Source: Paecilomyces variotii (taxonomy: Eukaryota). From it: a stretch of 64,000 nucleotides of DNA. A program made the translations under genes and the position numbers. Shown piece by piece: positions 49,250-62,376 of this stretch. How positions within the stretch are numbered: position 1 is the first letter of the stretch; every line of letters starts with the position of its first letter. The notes beneath the pieces were generated by a model. The model was not told where the DNA came from. It was given only the letters and a program-made list of their open reading frames with translations, and made no database searches. Where the stretch lies: NCBI GenBank assembly GCA_004022145.1, contig RCNU01000005.1; one strand, written 5' to 3'.

Positions 49250-52200
49250 CTAGAATCTCCAGCCTTCAAAGATTCTCTCTCCATTCTTCACTGCTTTTCT
49301 TAGCAGAACCGCCTCCCGATCAGTCGTCGGACGAGCTGATTTCCCAACAAGTTCCAGCCAGTGTAAGACTTCCGAGAACTGCGTTTGCTTGCGTCCCAGC
49401 ACGAAACGAAAGGCAGCAGCGGCGAGGTACTCAGCCTGCGCTCGCTTGATATTGCAGACGGTCTCGCGTTTGGTGCCTTGTCTCGACTGGCTCAGTTTCG
49501 TAGCCAAGGTGATCACGTCCCGGATAGTCCTGATAATCACGGTCGAGGAGGGCCGTGTACGTTTGCTGAGACTCTTCAGATACTGATACATCCTCATAGC
49601 CCAATCGGCAAAAGTAGCATATAGATTAGAAAGCACGACGGGAAATGAGTTGTGCATCGTATTTATGAACATGGCCCGAAACACAGAGGGGAAGGCCCCC
49701 AAGATCTTCTTGTTGAACGAGTAGCCAGGCGCTTGGCTTACTTCAACTGTAAGCGAATCTGCTATCGCACTGGAAGCGGGATCTCCGGTGGTAAGCAGAC
49801 GATCCCGATCCCTTTGGATTTCTAGAGTGTGAGTGTCAATGAGCATTCCGCAGTACGCAAGCCGAGACCCAATAAGACGTGGGATCAGGACTCCATCTAT
49901 AGAAGCCTCAAAGTTGACGAGACTCTTCTCTGGGTTCACAGTAACGCCATAGTCCGGTTGTCCCCTGACCATGAGTTCCAGAAATCGCGTTGCAAGCTTA
50001 GAATCCCATGTGATGAGTAGGAAATCATCAATCAGCCGAAAGAGCACGGCCTCCGGACCCGAAAGGAACCCCAGCACCTCTTGCTCCAGTCTCCCGTAGA
50101 AGAAATTGCAGAGATTACTCGATAGAACTGAGCCCTGCGGTATCCCGTTCTTCTGTCTGAAATATTTCTTTCCAATCTTGATTATATTGCATCGTATATG
50201 CTCTTCGAGCAAATCAAGCAGATCTTCCTTGCTGTGCTCCCATAGCCTACCTGTATCGACAAGGACCGCGTTGCTTCTGATGGCCCTAGTCGCTGGTGCG
50301 CCGGTAGGATCGTTCACCGGAGCGGCTCTTGCACCAAACTTTTTGACAGGTTTGCCTTGTTGAAGATCTATTGCTGGTTTGATTTGGACCTGTTTCGTTA
50401 CGCAGTACGCTTCATTAGCGACCAGTTCTTCCATCAATGCAATCAACCTGCTCTGTGGAATGGTATCGAAGCAAGACTGGACATCCAGCTTGACAAAGTA
50501 CAGACGCTTGTCTCTGGATATTGATCCTTCACCTGAGCTCTCACGATGAAAATTGTCCTTGAAAGCCTGCAGTCTCGGAAGAAGGTCGGACACGGAATTC
50601 ATGCCCGCCCCAAATATTCCCGGATGCGCCGCCTTTTCGTAGTTGAGTACGCTAGATAAAGGAGCCAGGATAGAATTTATGCTTGGTGCCAGCAGCATTT
50701 TCCTTCCCGTTTGCACCTTTACCGTTCTCCTTCGGAGGTTGACAATAGGACGGGCCCCTGAACCCTTTGGAAGGAGTCTTAAGGTGCTATATCCCAATGA
50801 CCTTCTTGTCAGGATCCGTTCTGCTTTATCTCGTTTCATCTCCTCCAGCATCGACGATTTTAAATGCGCTAGGGGATCTGCTGAGAGCATACGCCATGTA
50901 TCATGGCGGAAGTAGAATAGTCGATTACGATGCATCTGTGACTCCGTCACATAGAAATGACTTCTGACTATAGGGACCAGTAGTGAGTCGAATATATAGT
51001 ATACGAGCTCGTGAAGAAGTTCAGTACGCTTTTGCAGATCCGTTAGGCAGAGCTTCTGTTGCGTGGGGCGATGGTCTCCTTGCTGATTTCGAACTTCCAT
51101 CCAAGGTATGCTTGAGACCTAGATTGAGTCAGTCAGCTTCGTCCGTATGCAAGAGATGACTATGAACCCGACCTTCAAACCCATACACACTTGATGGAGA
51201 CTAATGCTCTCGAATCTACGCAGGCGTATGAATCTATCCACATTCTTTAGGATGATCTGCCGGTTCCACTGGCCCTCTTGACCGACGCCATAAAACCCAT
51301 TGGGAACCAGCTTCTGTAAGACGGCCCGGCAGAATGCGGATACAGAGGAAGCTGGGGTGGCATAGTCAGTCAAACAGAGCTTCTGTTTCTTCTGGTCCAT
51401 ATTTGTGTCCAATTGTGACAGTGACTCGAGCGGAGGCCCAGACTGCAGGTTATTGGATCCTAAGGAAGGGCTAGGGCAGTTTAGCTGAGTAACCAGCTGT
51501 TCTGACTTCTGAGAGCTAGGATCATGACTGGGGTTGGGAGAAAAGCACGGCGGATGGCTTTGCTGCAATCCGGTTAGCCCTTTATCAGAGGAAGTGATAT
51601 ATGGGTCCTACCTCTATAGGGCAATAGTAGTCAAGAAGCTTGGTGTATGGGCAGCGCTGGTTCCCCTTTTGTAGCTTCTGGACCAATTCCACTGCCTTCC
51701 CGCGGAGCCTTTTTGGGATCTTGGGACGCCGTTCATCTTGGACAGACTTAGCCTCCTCCTCATCAGCCGGTGATGGGTGTACGCGATGTGATTTCCGCCC
51801 TTCTATCCAACCGATCTCTTCCTCTCGAAAAGTATAGTCTTTGTATGGAAACGCAGTCTCCCGCGAATCTACAGATGAGGTGAAGACATTATGTAAACCA
51901 AATTGCCTTGGGAAGATGTATTTCATCACGTGCACCGTGTGGCTCAAGCAGTCTGCCAACGGGAACCGGTTCAGTACATCTGGCAAAGGGTCAGCTAACA
52001 GATGAAAATCCACAAGTTATCGGACGAAAAGCGCGCACGTACGAGTATGCTTAAGACCAAAACGAACATGAGCCTGCGCATTTAGGGCGACGCGTGCGTA
52101 TAGCATACGTCGACGACAGAATATAATGCTGTTCGGCTTATGAAGGACAGGAGCGCCTCGAGCTTGGCTAGGGTTCTTGTCAGAGCTAAGACGCTGTCCT

Positions 52201-53081
52201 TCTGTCTGTTTTGGATCCAGTTCCAGCTCGGACAGAGGGATTCCTAATGATGTTATAAGCCAAGAGTCCTTCGATGGCAGCCACAGACTTACCGCTGAGC
52301 TGGTAGAATGCCCCTTTCTCATTGTCCATACAACTGAAAATGCCACAGTCCAGCAGCAATCTCAGCATAATCTCCTCCCCGTTCTGTCCCATAAGGTCCA
52401 GAACTTCCGTCCATGGCGCACGCTTCAATGCCAAAACATTTGGGTTGGGATACCGAGCCACTATACCCGGGATACTGCTGGCCAGAGCGCCTAGCTCAGT
52501 GGAGTCGAGATTATGGGTCGTAGTACGTTGATACCCATGAGCAAGAATGTGTCGAGGTGTATGATGTGAGAAGCATACTCGATTAAACAACGTGCGGATT
52601 ACAAAATCAACAATCTGTTTCTTGATTAGATGCAAGAATTGCAAAAGCGCAAGACAGAACGTACCTCTGATTGCAGACAGAAGGGTCCCGTATCTGTGCT
52701 GGCTAGAGACGATTTGTACTGCGACTGGGTGAAAGCAGCCAAGTGCTTCTGAGTTTCCTTATCGTCCTTCGGGTGAGGCTCGCGGAGAACACCCACGAGG
52801 GTGGAATCTAAGAGGGTCGAGAGGGCTTCGTTGTCGTGATCGCGTGGAGTGTCAGCGCCCTGCCGACCTAGCGAGGCAATCCGGCGCCGTCTGGACTTGG
52901 AGGATGAGGGCAGCTGCTCCAGCAGATACTGCCTTAAGGTCAATACACGCCGATAGTATCGTGATATCACTGGGTGGGTTGCTTGGTTCTCGCGGGATGG
53001 CTTCGACGCGACTTGAACGCGCTTGGCAAGCGATGGTTGCGTCCCCGGCTCTCTCGCGGGACGCTTCCTCTTCTTCCCCAT
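49250..53081 (-). CDS. TERT: Telomerase reverse transcriptase (TERT)
   Basis: Six exons splice in frame: 53081-52665, 52614-52293, 52243-52043, 51979-51612, 51562-51173, 51118-49250. TEN-domain FYQLSG, KYIFPRQFGLHNVF, T motif HFYVTE..RNRLFYFRH, motif 1/2 LRLLPK..RPIVNL, A FVKLDVQSCFDTIPQ, B' GIPQGSVLS, C FRLIDDFLLIT. Confidence 0.97.
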
Positions 53082-55636
53082 TCTATTGCGGATCGATGAC
53101 CAGGGTTCACTCTTGATTGAGGAATCTCAGAAGTCCGGAAGACTCTCTGACGCTTCAGTTAGCGTCAGGGACCATGTGGGATCTATTTTGTGTTGGTGAT
53201 TCTGACAGGGATCGGCGCAGCCGCACAGACGCGCTAAAAGAGTCGTGAACCCGCAAAGATCAACTGCAATGTTGAATTTGTCAAAACATCACCATGCTAT
53301 TATTGCCCAGTTCAGAAAGGAGGGCCGATTGTGGGTGATGGCGGCTCGCGCTTGGACACGCTAAACAAGCAATGGACTCATGGAGACGGTATGTCAAAAC
53401 TCTATCGTGATTATTTGGTCAGAATCAGAAGTCAATTAATTAATTAACGGAGACAGGAGTGAACTCCAGCACGGACCAAGACGCCTCACAAGGCGCAGAG
53501 CCACTTTTCGTCTGCGGACTTCCGAACGAGGCTGGGCCAGAACATCTGGATGGAGCCTGGTTACAAGTCCAGCTGGCAGGAGAGTCGAGACAAAGAGAAA
53601 GGAAAAAGCGGCTGTGCTCGAGTAAAGAAGTGCTCAGGCCTGCCTGTTGACATCTCGCTCAGGAGTCAGGACTGAGGAGGATCTCATTATCATGTCTAGG
53701 GGTTGCAATTGTGAGCAGTCACTACAGATCAACAGACTAAGTACTTCATGTCAGCCGCAGCGGCTGTCAAACGAGAGAAGGATCTGGTCAATCAGCGGCA
53801 TGGAAGCAACACTCGAGAAACAGGGGGGTTAAAGCAATTTGTCAGTCGCACAATGATAAGTATTAGTTATTAGTATTATTGTCTGGGTGCATCTGATAGA
53901 TATGCGAAAACACTATCTACTACTCTGTCTCTGTCTCGACAGAGTAGTACTACGAAGTTGAGACCAGCAGGTCCGTAGATGAGACTGTTTTAATAATAGT
54001 CAGCCATTAATATTGTTGATGACCCAGCCTGTTTCGAGGCCTTTCGAGCCAGTCGTTGCGCGTAAACTGTTTGTCGATGCTCCACCTGGATCCTCGTTTT
54101 CGTGGTGTTCATTAATTAAAGTAACCAGTGTAATAGTAGTGAAACAGCCCTCGACACCCACTTTTTCAGGAACGACAAAACAAAAGCCAAAAGCCAAAAA
54201 AAAAAACAGATCCCGACAATCGACTCGGATCCATCGGCCGCACTACAGAAACTCTGATAAATATCTGGCTACGTACTACTAATACCTGGATGATTTATTC
54301 TACGACTGCTGAGGGATCGTCTCGAAAAAATAACCCGCGGGCTGTGATCGCGAGAGTTACTTACTTACTCCCCGCACTGACTAGTTAGTTGGCGATTTGC
54401 ACTACACTACACTTAAAGAGTAGTACACTTCTTAACTAACTACTACACTACCACCGCGCTGGATCATCGAACCGGATCACCGCCGCTCAGTCCCTACTCG
54501 TCGCGATCGATCAGCCACATCCGTCCTGTTCTCCGGGGCTTCTCTTATCCAGCAAGTCTTCCGGAGATTGCGTGGCTGTGGATTGAGCTTTTCTCAGCGA
54601 CTGACTGTGACTGTCTGCCCAGAAAGTCGCATCGAGCGGCCACGGGCAATCCAAGTCGAATCCGCACTATTGGCTTCGTGACAGCATAAACAGGGCTTGT
54701 CGGAGACTATCCTGCTCTAGCGGTGATCAAGTTGTCATTCTATCCAGAATCGAAGTCTAATCGCTTGTCGCTCTCCACTGCGTCCGCGAGTGGGGGAGAG
54801 ACAAGCAAGGCTCGGCGGGCTGGGGGACAGAAAAACCGATCGAATCGACTCCTCATCGGTTCTCTCGGGCTCGCATCGACCAGAGAGATAAAAGAGTTGC
54901 TGACGGCCATTGGGGCATGTTTTGCTGGCCCAAACGAAACGAACCTCCATCGAAGTGGTCCGTATTACTGACATCCACGGCACCGGTTCGTGGTTTCATC
55001 GCCCTGCGGCCTGCACATCCGTACGACGGCCTTCGTCGTCATTCGCTCTGGCGCGTTTTCCTATCACAACCTTGCGCTGCAAACCAAAGCCTAGACTGGG
55101 TGGTTTCCTGTCCAACAGCACCATCACTGCGCGACCATCATAGGCGACCAGCATTCGAACAGGAAGCTCGTTGAACTGACTACTGACGGTAATACCATAC
55201 CGTCTGTCTTGTCACCGGCGGCTTCAAGTCCAGTCTAACTTGACCCCCTCGCAGATTCGTCGAACACTGTCGGACAAGACTGACTCGCCCGCCGGCGTTT
55301 CGATCGCTCAGCACACATCAGCCCGCGGCCGTCCATCTATAATCCCCAAGTCTGGCATCTGGTTGTTTCAAATCGGCTCTGGAATCAAACAGGAGAGTCG
55401 GTGATAGTGTGCGTTTCGGTCGCCTCAAGAATAATATGACGCTGGACTGAGGCGCCACCGGGATGAAAAGCCTCGTAGCCCAAAAGTAGTCGGTCAATCT
55501 GCGACATCGTCGTCGGCCTACCAGCCGTGAACAACACATCACGACCCCCCGACCAGTTTACTGTGCTCGGTGGACCCTTGAACCGCACGGGCCTGACGAG
55601 TCCACGCCTGCTGCTGCTCGTCGGCCTGACTGCAAG

Positions 55637-58600
55637 ATGTCCGTCAACGATGTTGAAAGCGTCCATGACTCTGGGAACCCACTTCAGCACGATTGTCAAC
55701 AATCGTCCCAGCAGTGTTCGCACAACACCCTTCAGAGTCATCCCAACGTTGCGTCCATAGCCTCGTCCTCTCTATTCCCTATTCTCCCAGCGGACGCATT
55801 TTCTCGTTACCCAGCAGTGGGTTCGCATGCGCAATCACTGTCGTTGTCGGTCGATCCCCCGAACAAGCATCACGATCCACCGTCCGCCGCTAACCACCTA
55901 TCCTCCGATCCCCACGAATACTATAAGCAACGTTTGGAGTCATCACTTCAGCAGCATGACGATATCCTAACCCAGCATATTGATTCCTCCATCTCGTTTC
56001 ATGGCGGCATGAGTGTTGCCACATACCCGAAACCCGTTGTGCCGGCGCAGTCAGATTCAACCCCACCGGGCGCAGTACACTCGACACAATATCGCTCTGT
56101 CTCCAGCACTTCGAATAGAGCTGTAAGTGACGGTTCGAGGTCACTGCCCAGGAAACCTCGATCCCGACAGCCATCGTTCAAAGACCTGATCGAGAAGTTT
56201 AACAAAACGGTTGATGAAGTACCACCGGTACCGCTGGTCTCGAGTTCGAGAGCGACATCCAGAGCCACAAGTCCAGTTGGTAGTGTGAGAGGTCCCCCAT
56301 CCCGCGCGTCATCAGTTTCCCAATCCGGAACGCGTCCGTGGGACAGACAGGACAGCAGTTTCATCCGACGGAGGCAACCAAGCGACAAGATAGAAGAGGG
56401 GGTATTGACGATTTCGAAGTCGCGCACCTATTGCGAGCGCCTGGCCAGCTCGGGCGCTTCCCTAAATCCTGTTTCCAGCCAGTCGTTGGGAGACGTGCAT
56501 CCGTCGGACAAACCGAATCGTCGACCTCTGTTCGGGGAGTTACTGGCGGTTGATACTTCTGTCAACGATCCAGGATATGGGATACCGTCATATCCGCGGC
56601 GAAGAGGTTCTGAGGGGAGCATATACCGACCATATTCGAGAACCCTAGACAGCTCTCTCGAACAGGGAACTGATATATCACCTTCGTCGCCTACGGCGTG
56701 GTACTTAGGATACGCGCCGTCTCTGGAGACCGTTAGAATCGGCCTGGACCCACACAGTCATCGAAGAGCGAGAAGCGACTTGTTAAGCAGTGGTTCGAAA
56801 TCCCCGGTTACGAGTTCTTCGAGTGCTCATATGGCGGTCGCCTCGCCCAAGGAATCCGCGTCTGCGTCCTTCGCGGACACCCCACATTCCAAGTCGCGCA
56901 TCCCCTTATCGTCCAACCGACTCAGTCACGCTTCTGATTCGGGCAACTCATCTCCAACAAGGGCAAACTCGTCTACCGGTCTACGTTCTCCTACCTCGCC
57001 CAATCGTGGGGCTCTACCTCCCAAGGGGAGCAGTCGGTTGCCCAAGCCGTCTGCCAGATCGCCCACGCAGGTGCGGACTGCTCCCTCACGTCTTCCTACT
57101 ATCACTTCTCCTCAAAGACAAGAGAAAACGCGCGGCTACAGCCGTCAACCCCCACAGCCCGCGAAGAATTCCCTTTTGCAGGCGTACATAAGTGCCCCTC
57201 CTCCGAAGAAGTCTCCCCCGTTACGGAGCTCAAGACCTCGCCAGCCGGTGTCGGAAGCATCTACATCATCGTCTCGAGCAAAGGTGGTGGATAGGATATC
57301 TGGCCTTCAGAAACAGGATGACTACGATAGAAATGGTAGAGTCCCTCGACAGAGGGCGCGAATGCTCCCGGAACTAGGCACTGTGGACTTTGCTGCCAGG
57401 CGACAAAAGATTCAGCAGGCATTCAATAAGACAGTCGAGGAAAATGCAAAAAGAGAAGAAGCCGTCGAGCTTCGTCGTCGAGCGAGGGCTAAGGAGAACG
57501 AGGAGAACAAGCGGAAACTCGAGCAGAAGGAGATGGAAAGCAGCGCAGAGCTACTTCTGCCGGCCACCGTTTATACGCCTCCTCAGGACTCCAAACCCCA
57601 GGAGGAGCTCAATGTGGGCGATCAGCAAGGGGGAATCGGTCCCATGCAGGAACAAGCGACGCCAGCACCTCAACTCACAGTTGATCCAGCTGAGCTCCCG
57701 CGGGAGCAGAGTCGGCTTGATTTTGGGGATTCTCCAACCTTAGGACTGCCATTGAATATCGGCCATGGAAGTGAGCAGGGGCGCTTAGACGCGCATAGCT
57801 CTAACATGGCATCTTCTGGATGGGCAGCGCCTTCTGATGACACCGACACCACCAATTTTGACCCTGAACCGCAAGCAGGATTGTCTTACGCAGATGCGTC
57901 GCACCGGACAGTACTGAGCCAGATCATGCAGATGCGAGAATCCAGTCCGAGCAGCCCGACATCCTCAGAGGATAACGGATATACATCTTCCGACCGTGAT
58001 GATAAGGAATCGATACAGATTATGCTGAGAGACTCGACCTATTTCGCCCAGTCGGTTGACAGCAGTGAAAACCAAAGACGACCACGAATGTACGAGGACC
58101 ACGGCCATATGAGCGACGAGCTACGGAATAGATGGAGCATGAGCTCGTGGTCTTCGGCACATAATCGGCATTCTACGGACGAGACCGTCGAAACAGGGGA
58201 TGAGTGCCCTTCTGACATGCAGCAGAGCATTGAAGTTGGATTGGCACCAGAAGAACTTGAGAGGACTCCTCAACCTTGGTCTTTTCAGGAATTCCCGCCT
58301 TCGAACATTGACCCTCGGGGAGGCACGTCCCACGCGACTGGTAATCCCCACGAGACACGCAATGGAGCCCCCGCGTATCATCCTCAAGGTATCTCATACC
58401 GCCATAGTCTAGCTAGACAAGGAGGATGGGACTCGAGGCGTGTGTCTCAACTATATCTGGAAGAGCTTACTCGAGGCAAGATAAATATATCTGCCCCGTC
58501 AGTTTCTAAGTTCTCTGAAGACTCCCCCGATCTGTCTAATCAAGCAGAATCCACCGACAGAACAGACAGTCTCACCGACGACGCAGTTTTGGTGTCGAAG

Positions 58601-61578
58601 ACCGAGGGCATGTCGGAACCTGAACACATAGAGCATAGGGCGAGCCTGGTTCTGCGAGATGACTGGGAACGCGCATCACCGTCAATCGCTGACTGGATGC
58701 AAATCGCTGCAGAGGATAGGCCGCAAGTGTCAGCGACGAATGATCGAGACGAGGGTCTTCCTGAAGCGGACTCCATATCGTATCCTGCTATTTCCAACCG
58801 ACAGCAAGCTTCTGCTTTCGGCGGTCCCGGGGAAGGGCTTGGATTATCAATAGAAGTGCCGTCTCCCCAAGAAGGCGACGTGCCAGCGATGCCACCTCCA
58901 CCTCCGTTACCGGATCATTCGCCTCCTCCGCCTCCCCCCGTGGCTCAGATGGGAAATATCGTTCCGCAACCGCAGCCTCAGCAGCCCGTACAGCCATCAC
59001 CCAGTATTTATTCGAGCCATCCTCCATCAAGTATTTTCTCCAGCGTGCCACCAGAGGTCGCCAACTATTATCGGAGTGCAAGGAATAGTGAGGAAGCGTA
59101 TCTGCGTTACTCTGGCTATGCCAGTCTGCCCCAGACCTTGAAATCTGCCGATACAACCCAGGCTACGTCTGTCGATAACACTACGGTCGAAGTCAAACGC
59201 GGCACACCTTCTCCCGAGCAGCGTCGTCTCAAGAAGCGTCGCCACGTCATCAAAGAGCTTGTGGACACAGAATACTCCTTTGGACGTGATATGAAGGTCG
59301 TTGATGATATCTATAAAGGCACGTCTAGTTCCTGTTTAGATCTGTCTGCAGAGGATGTCAAGACACTCTTCAGCAACTCCGACCAGATAGTGCAGTTCTC
59401 CATGACCTTCCAAGATGCGCTGAAAAGCGCTGCGAGGAGCGTCTACGTGATGCCGAAGTCCCAGCGGTGGAGCAGCAAGCGTCGCAGCAGGGCAACTCAG
59501 GCGAGCACGCCATCAGAAGACAACCTAGATGTAGACGTGTCTGAGGCGGAGAAAGATTGGCTGACTTCCATCGGTCAAGCCTTCGTGACAAATATGTCCC
59601 AGATGGAGAAGGTGTACGCTGATTACTTGAAGAACCACGACGCCGCAAACAAGAAGCTCGAGACCCTCCAGCGAAACCCGAAAGTTGCCATCTGGCTCAA
59701 GGAGTGTCGTGAGTGGGCCTCTGATCTAACCTCAGCGTGGAATTTGGATTCACTGCTCGTGAAGCCGGTGCAGCGGATCCTCAAGTATCCGCTCCTCTTG
59801 ACCGAGCTTCTGAATGCAACGCCAGAAGACCACCCTGATCGTGCAGCGATCATGGCTGCTCTCGAAGGCGTGACAAATATCTCAGTGAAGATCAATGAAA
59901 TGAAAAAGCGTGCTGATGTTGTTGGCCAAGTGGTTAGTCGCAAACGAAAGGAGTCAGATGTTAGGGTTGGCTTGTCAAAGGCCTTCGGCCGTCGCACTGA
60001 GAAGTTCAGGCAACAAGTTGGCCTTTCCGATATGTTCGAAGACAAAAACTACGATATCCTGGCGCAGAAGTTCAGCGACAGCTTCTTTCAGCTCCAGGTG
60101 GTTATGCGAGACGTGGAAATGTATACGCAAGAGGTTCAAAGCTCCATGGAACGGTTTACAGATTTCATCGTTGCTATTGAAGGATATATCGACGTGGCCC
60201 AATCCAACTATACTGAGCTTGAGAGCAAATGGCGACGTTTCAGGCTAGCCGTCCGAGAGATCATGGCAGTAGCGTTACCTGATCATGTGAGTTTAAAAAC
60301 ACATTTACGGCCTCTGGAATAATCTAACAATACTTGCAGATTGGAACTGTTCGCAAAAGCGTTATCGAGCCTATGATCACTCTGCTTAAACTCCACGACG
60401 GACCGCAGCGAGTCATGCATAAACGCAACAAACGGCTGATGGACTATACGCGATTCAAAGCTCTCAAAGATCGTGGCGACAAGCCCGACAAGAAGACGAC
60501 CGAGCAGGGGGAACAGTTCGTCGCGCTCAATGAAGCTCTCAAAGATGAACTGCCGAAGCTTTTCGCACTGACAGCTAAATTGATTGAATCATGCCTGACC
60601 AACTTCGTCCAGATACAGGCAGCTTGGTTTAGTCTACTGCAAAAGAAGCTTGGGTACTTGATCGATCGATTCCCTGAAGAACTAAACCAAGTCATCAGCG
60701 ACTGGGCCAGTGATTTCGATTTTGCCGAGGCACAAGTTCTTTCACTCGGTATCTGCAACGGTTCCTTGCTTGCGGAAGCTATCAACCTGGTCAACTTCAA
60801 CACCCCGTCAACTGGGCCCGATGCGACTTCGCCGCGACGGCCTTCTACCATCAACAGCTCCAACACCCGTTCGACTTCGCTGAATACGGATGGTTCACCA
60901 CAGGTTACTCGTGAACATTCTGGGGGCCGAGACTCTGTTCAGTCTCCGCCTACCGATGGCCTATCGCAGCGTTCAAGTGGTTCACAGGTGCATCTTATCA
61001 ATGGTGCACGCAATCGGGCCAGTTCTTCCGTCTCAGCACGAGTCGTACCTCCGGCAGCCCCGGAGATGCCCACTTCACAATCTGCACAAGCTTTGCAATC
61101 TATGTCTACACCATCGGCTGCATCCACTTGCCCCGGTACTAGTTCCGGTCAAGCTGGGGAGCCTTTCCCTTCTCTACCAAGACTCAGCCTCGAGACCCCA
61201 TTCCTGCACGATCTTCTCACCAATCCCCCGGAGAATAATGAAGCAGCGGCCGCTGTGGATCCTTCTTCTCCTGGTGGTCGTTACTCTGGGTTCTTCTCAT
61301 CCGCCATGCCCATGTCGGACTCTCCCCGCCAGGATAACCCCACAGACCCGGGTCAAGCGAGAGATCCCAAGGTCTTGTTTCTGGCCGCGAGTATCTATGA
61401 ATTCAATATCGATCGCGCGAGAAGAGAAGCCGGCTATCCTTATCTGACCTACGTTGCCGGTGAGATATTCGATGTTATTGCTGAGAAAGGCGAGTTGTGG
61501 CTTGCACGAAACCAGGACGATCCTACTCATCAAGTTGGATGGATATGGAACAAGCACTTTGCCAAACTTGCAGCCTAG
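55637..61578 (+). CDS. Rho guanine-nucleotide exchange factor (DH + BAR + C-terminal SH3-like; Gef1/Tuba-like)
   Basis: Exon 1 55637-60286, intron 60287-60339 (GTGAGT..CTAAC..CAG), exon 2 60340-61578. DH motifs RRHVIKELVDTEYSF and LDSLLVKPVQRILKYPLLL; BAR-like KRNKRLMDY..FVALNEALKDELPKL; SH3-like ASIYEF..YLTYVAGEIFDV..GWIWNKHF. Confidence 0.92.
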
Positions 61579-62376
61579 GTCGGACTCTTCGATACATTCC
61601 ATCGGCCTGCCTCCCAGACCGCACTATCATAAAAAATCCACTTCCGACGTGGTATCCTTTGATTGTATTCCCTTCACTTGGGGAACAGTTTGTACAATTT
61701 CATGCCGTCTGCTCATGGTAGACAGTGACGAGATATGTGATTCTCAGTTTGTTTTTGCAACGCATTTCCAGGCGCATGGCATGGGTATGACGAGAGCGTC
61801 TAATGTCTTTTCTGTTTTTTTCTTTTCTCCTATCTATCCTATCTATACACCATTCAGTCCTATCGGTTTTTCTATTGCTATTTATTTATCAGCGCTTTGT
61901 TTCATATGATTCCCTGTGGGCTGGCAACTGGGCCACGCGGCCTTGTGACTGGATTGCCTATAGGGTTGTTGATGTCTGCATACGAGTCTATGGAATCATG
62001 CGAAGACATCCATCGTACCTTCGCAGGGTACAGCATGTGCGTTGTTTCCAGGGTTAGTGTCTCAAAAAGAGAGGTCGTGGACCACCGGCAGAGGTCGAAC
62101 ACACAGTAGACCTTCTCCCTCCTTTCGAATCCAGTGCTGCCAGCAATTTATCGAATATTTGACCATCCTTTGTTTTCTTTTCCCGGGCTTTTTCTCTATT
62201 TGTTCCTCATGGCATGTGAATGTACATGTATACTAGATACCCACCGTGCGGATAGGCAACTGAAGACGATGATATATTCCCTTTCAAACTTCTTCCGAGC
62301 ACTTCTCAAAGTAAGACTGAAACAGAGTAGTTCATTTAGACATATGCAGCAGACTAACCACTTTTACCATGGACTC

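Noticed and set aside
49250..51118. Reverse transcriptase as a retrotransposon
   Set aside because: It has telomerase-specific TEN and T motifs and five spliceosomal introns, with no LTR, endonuclease or integrase; it is the host TERT.
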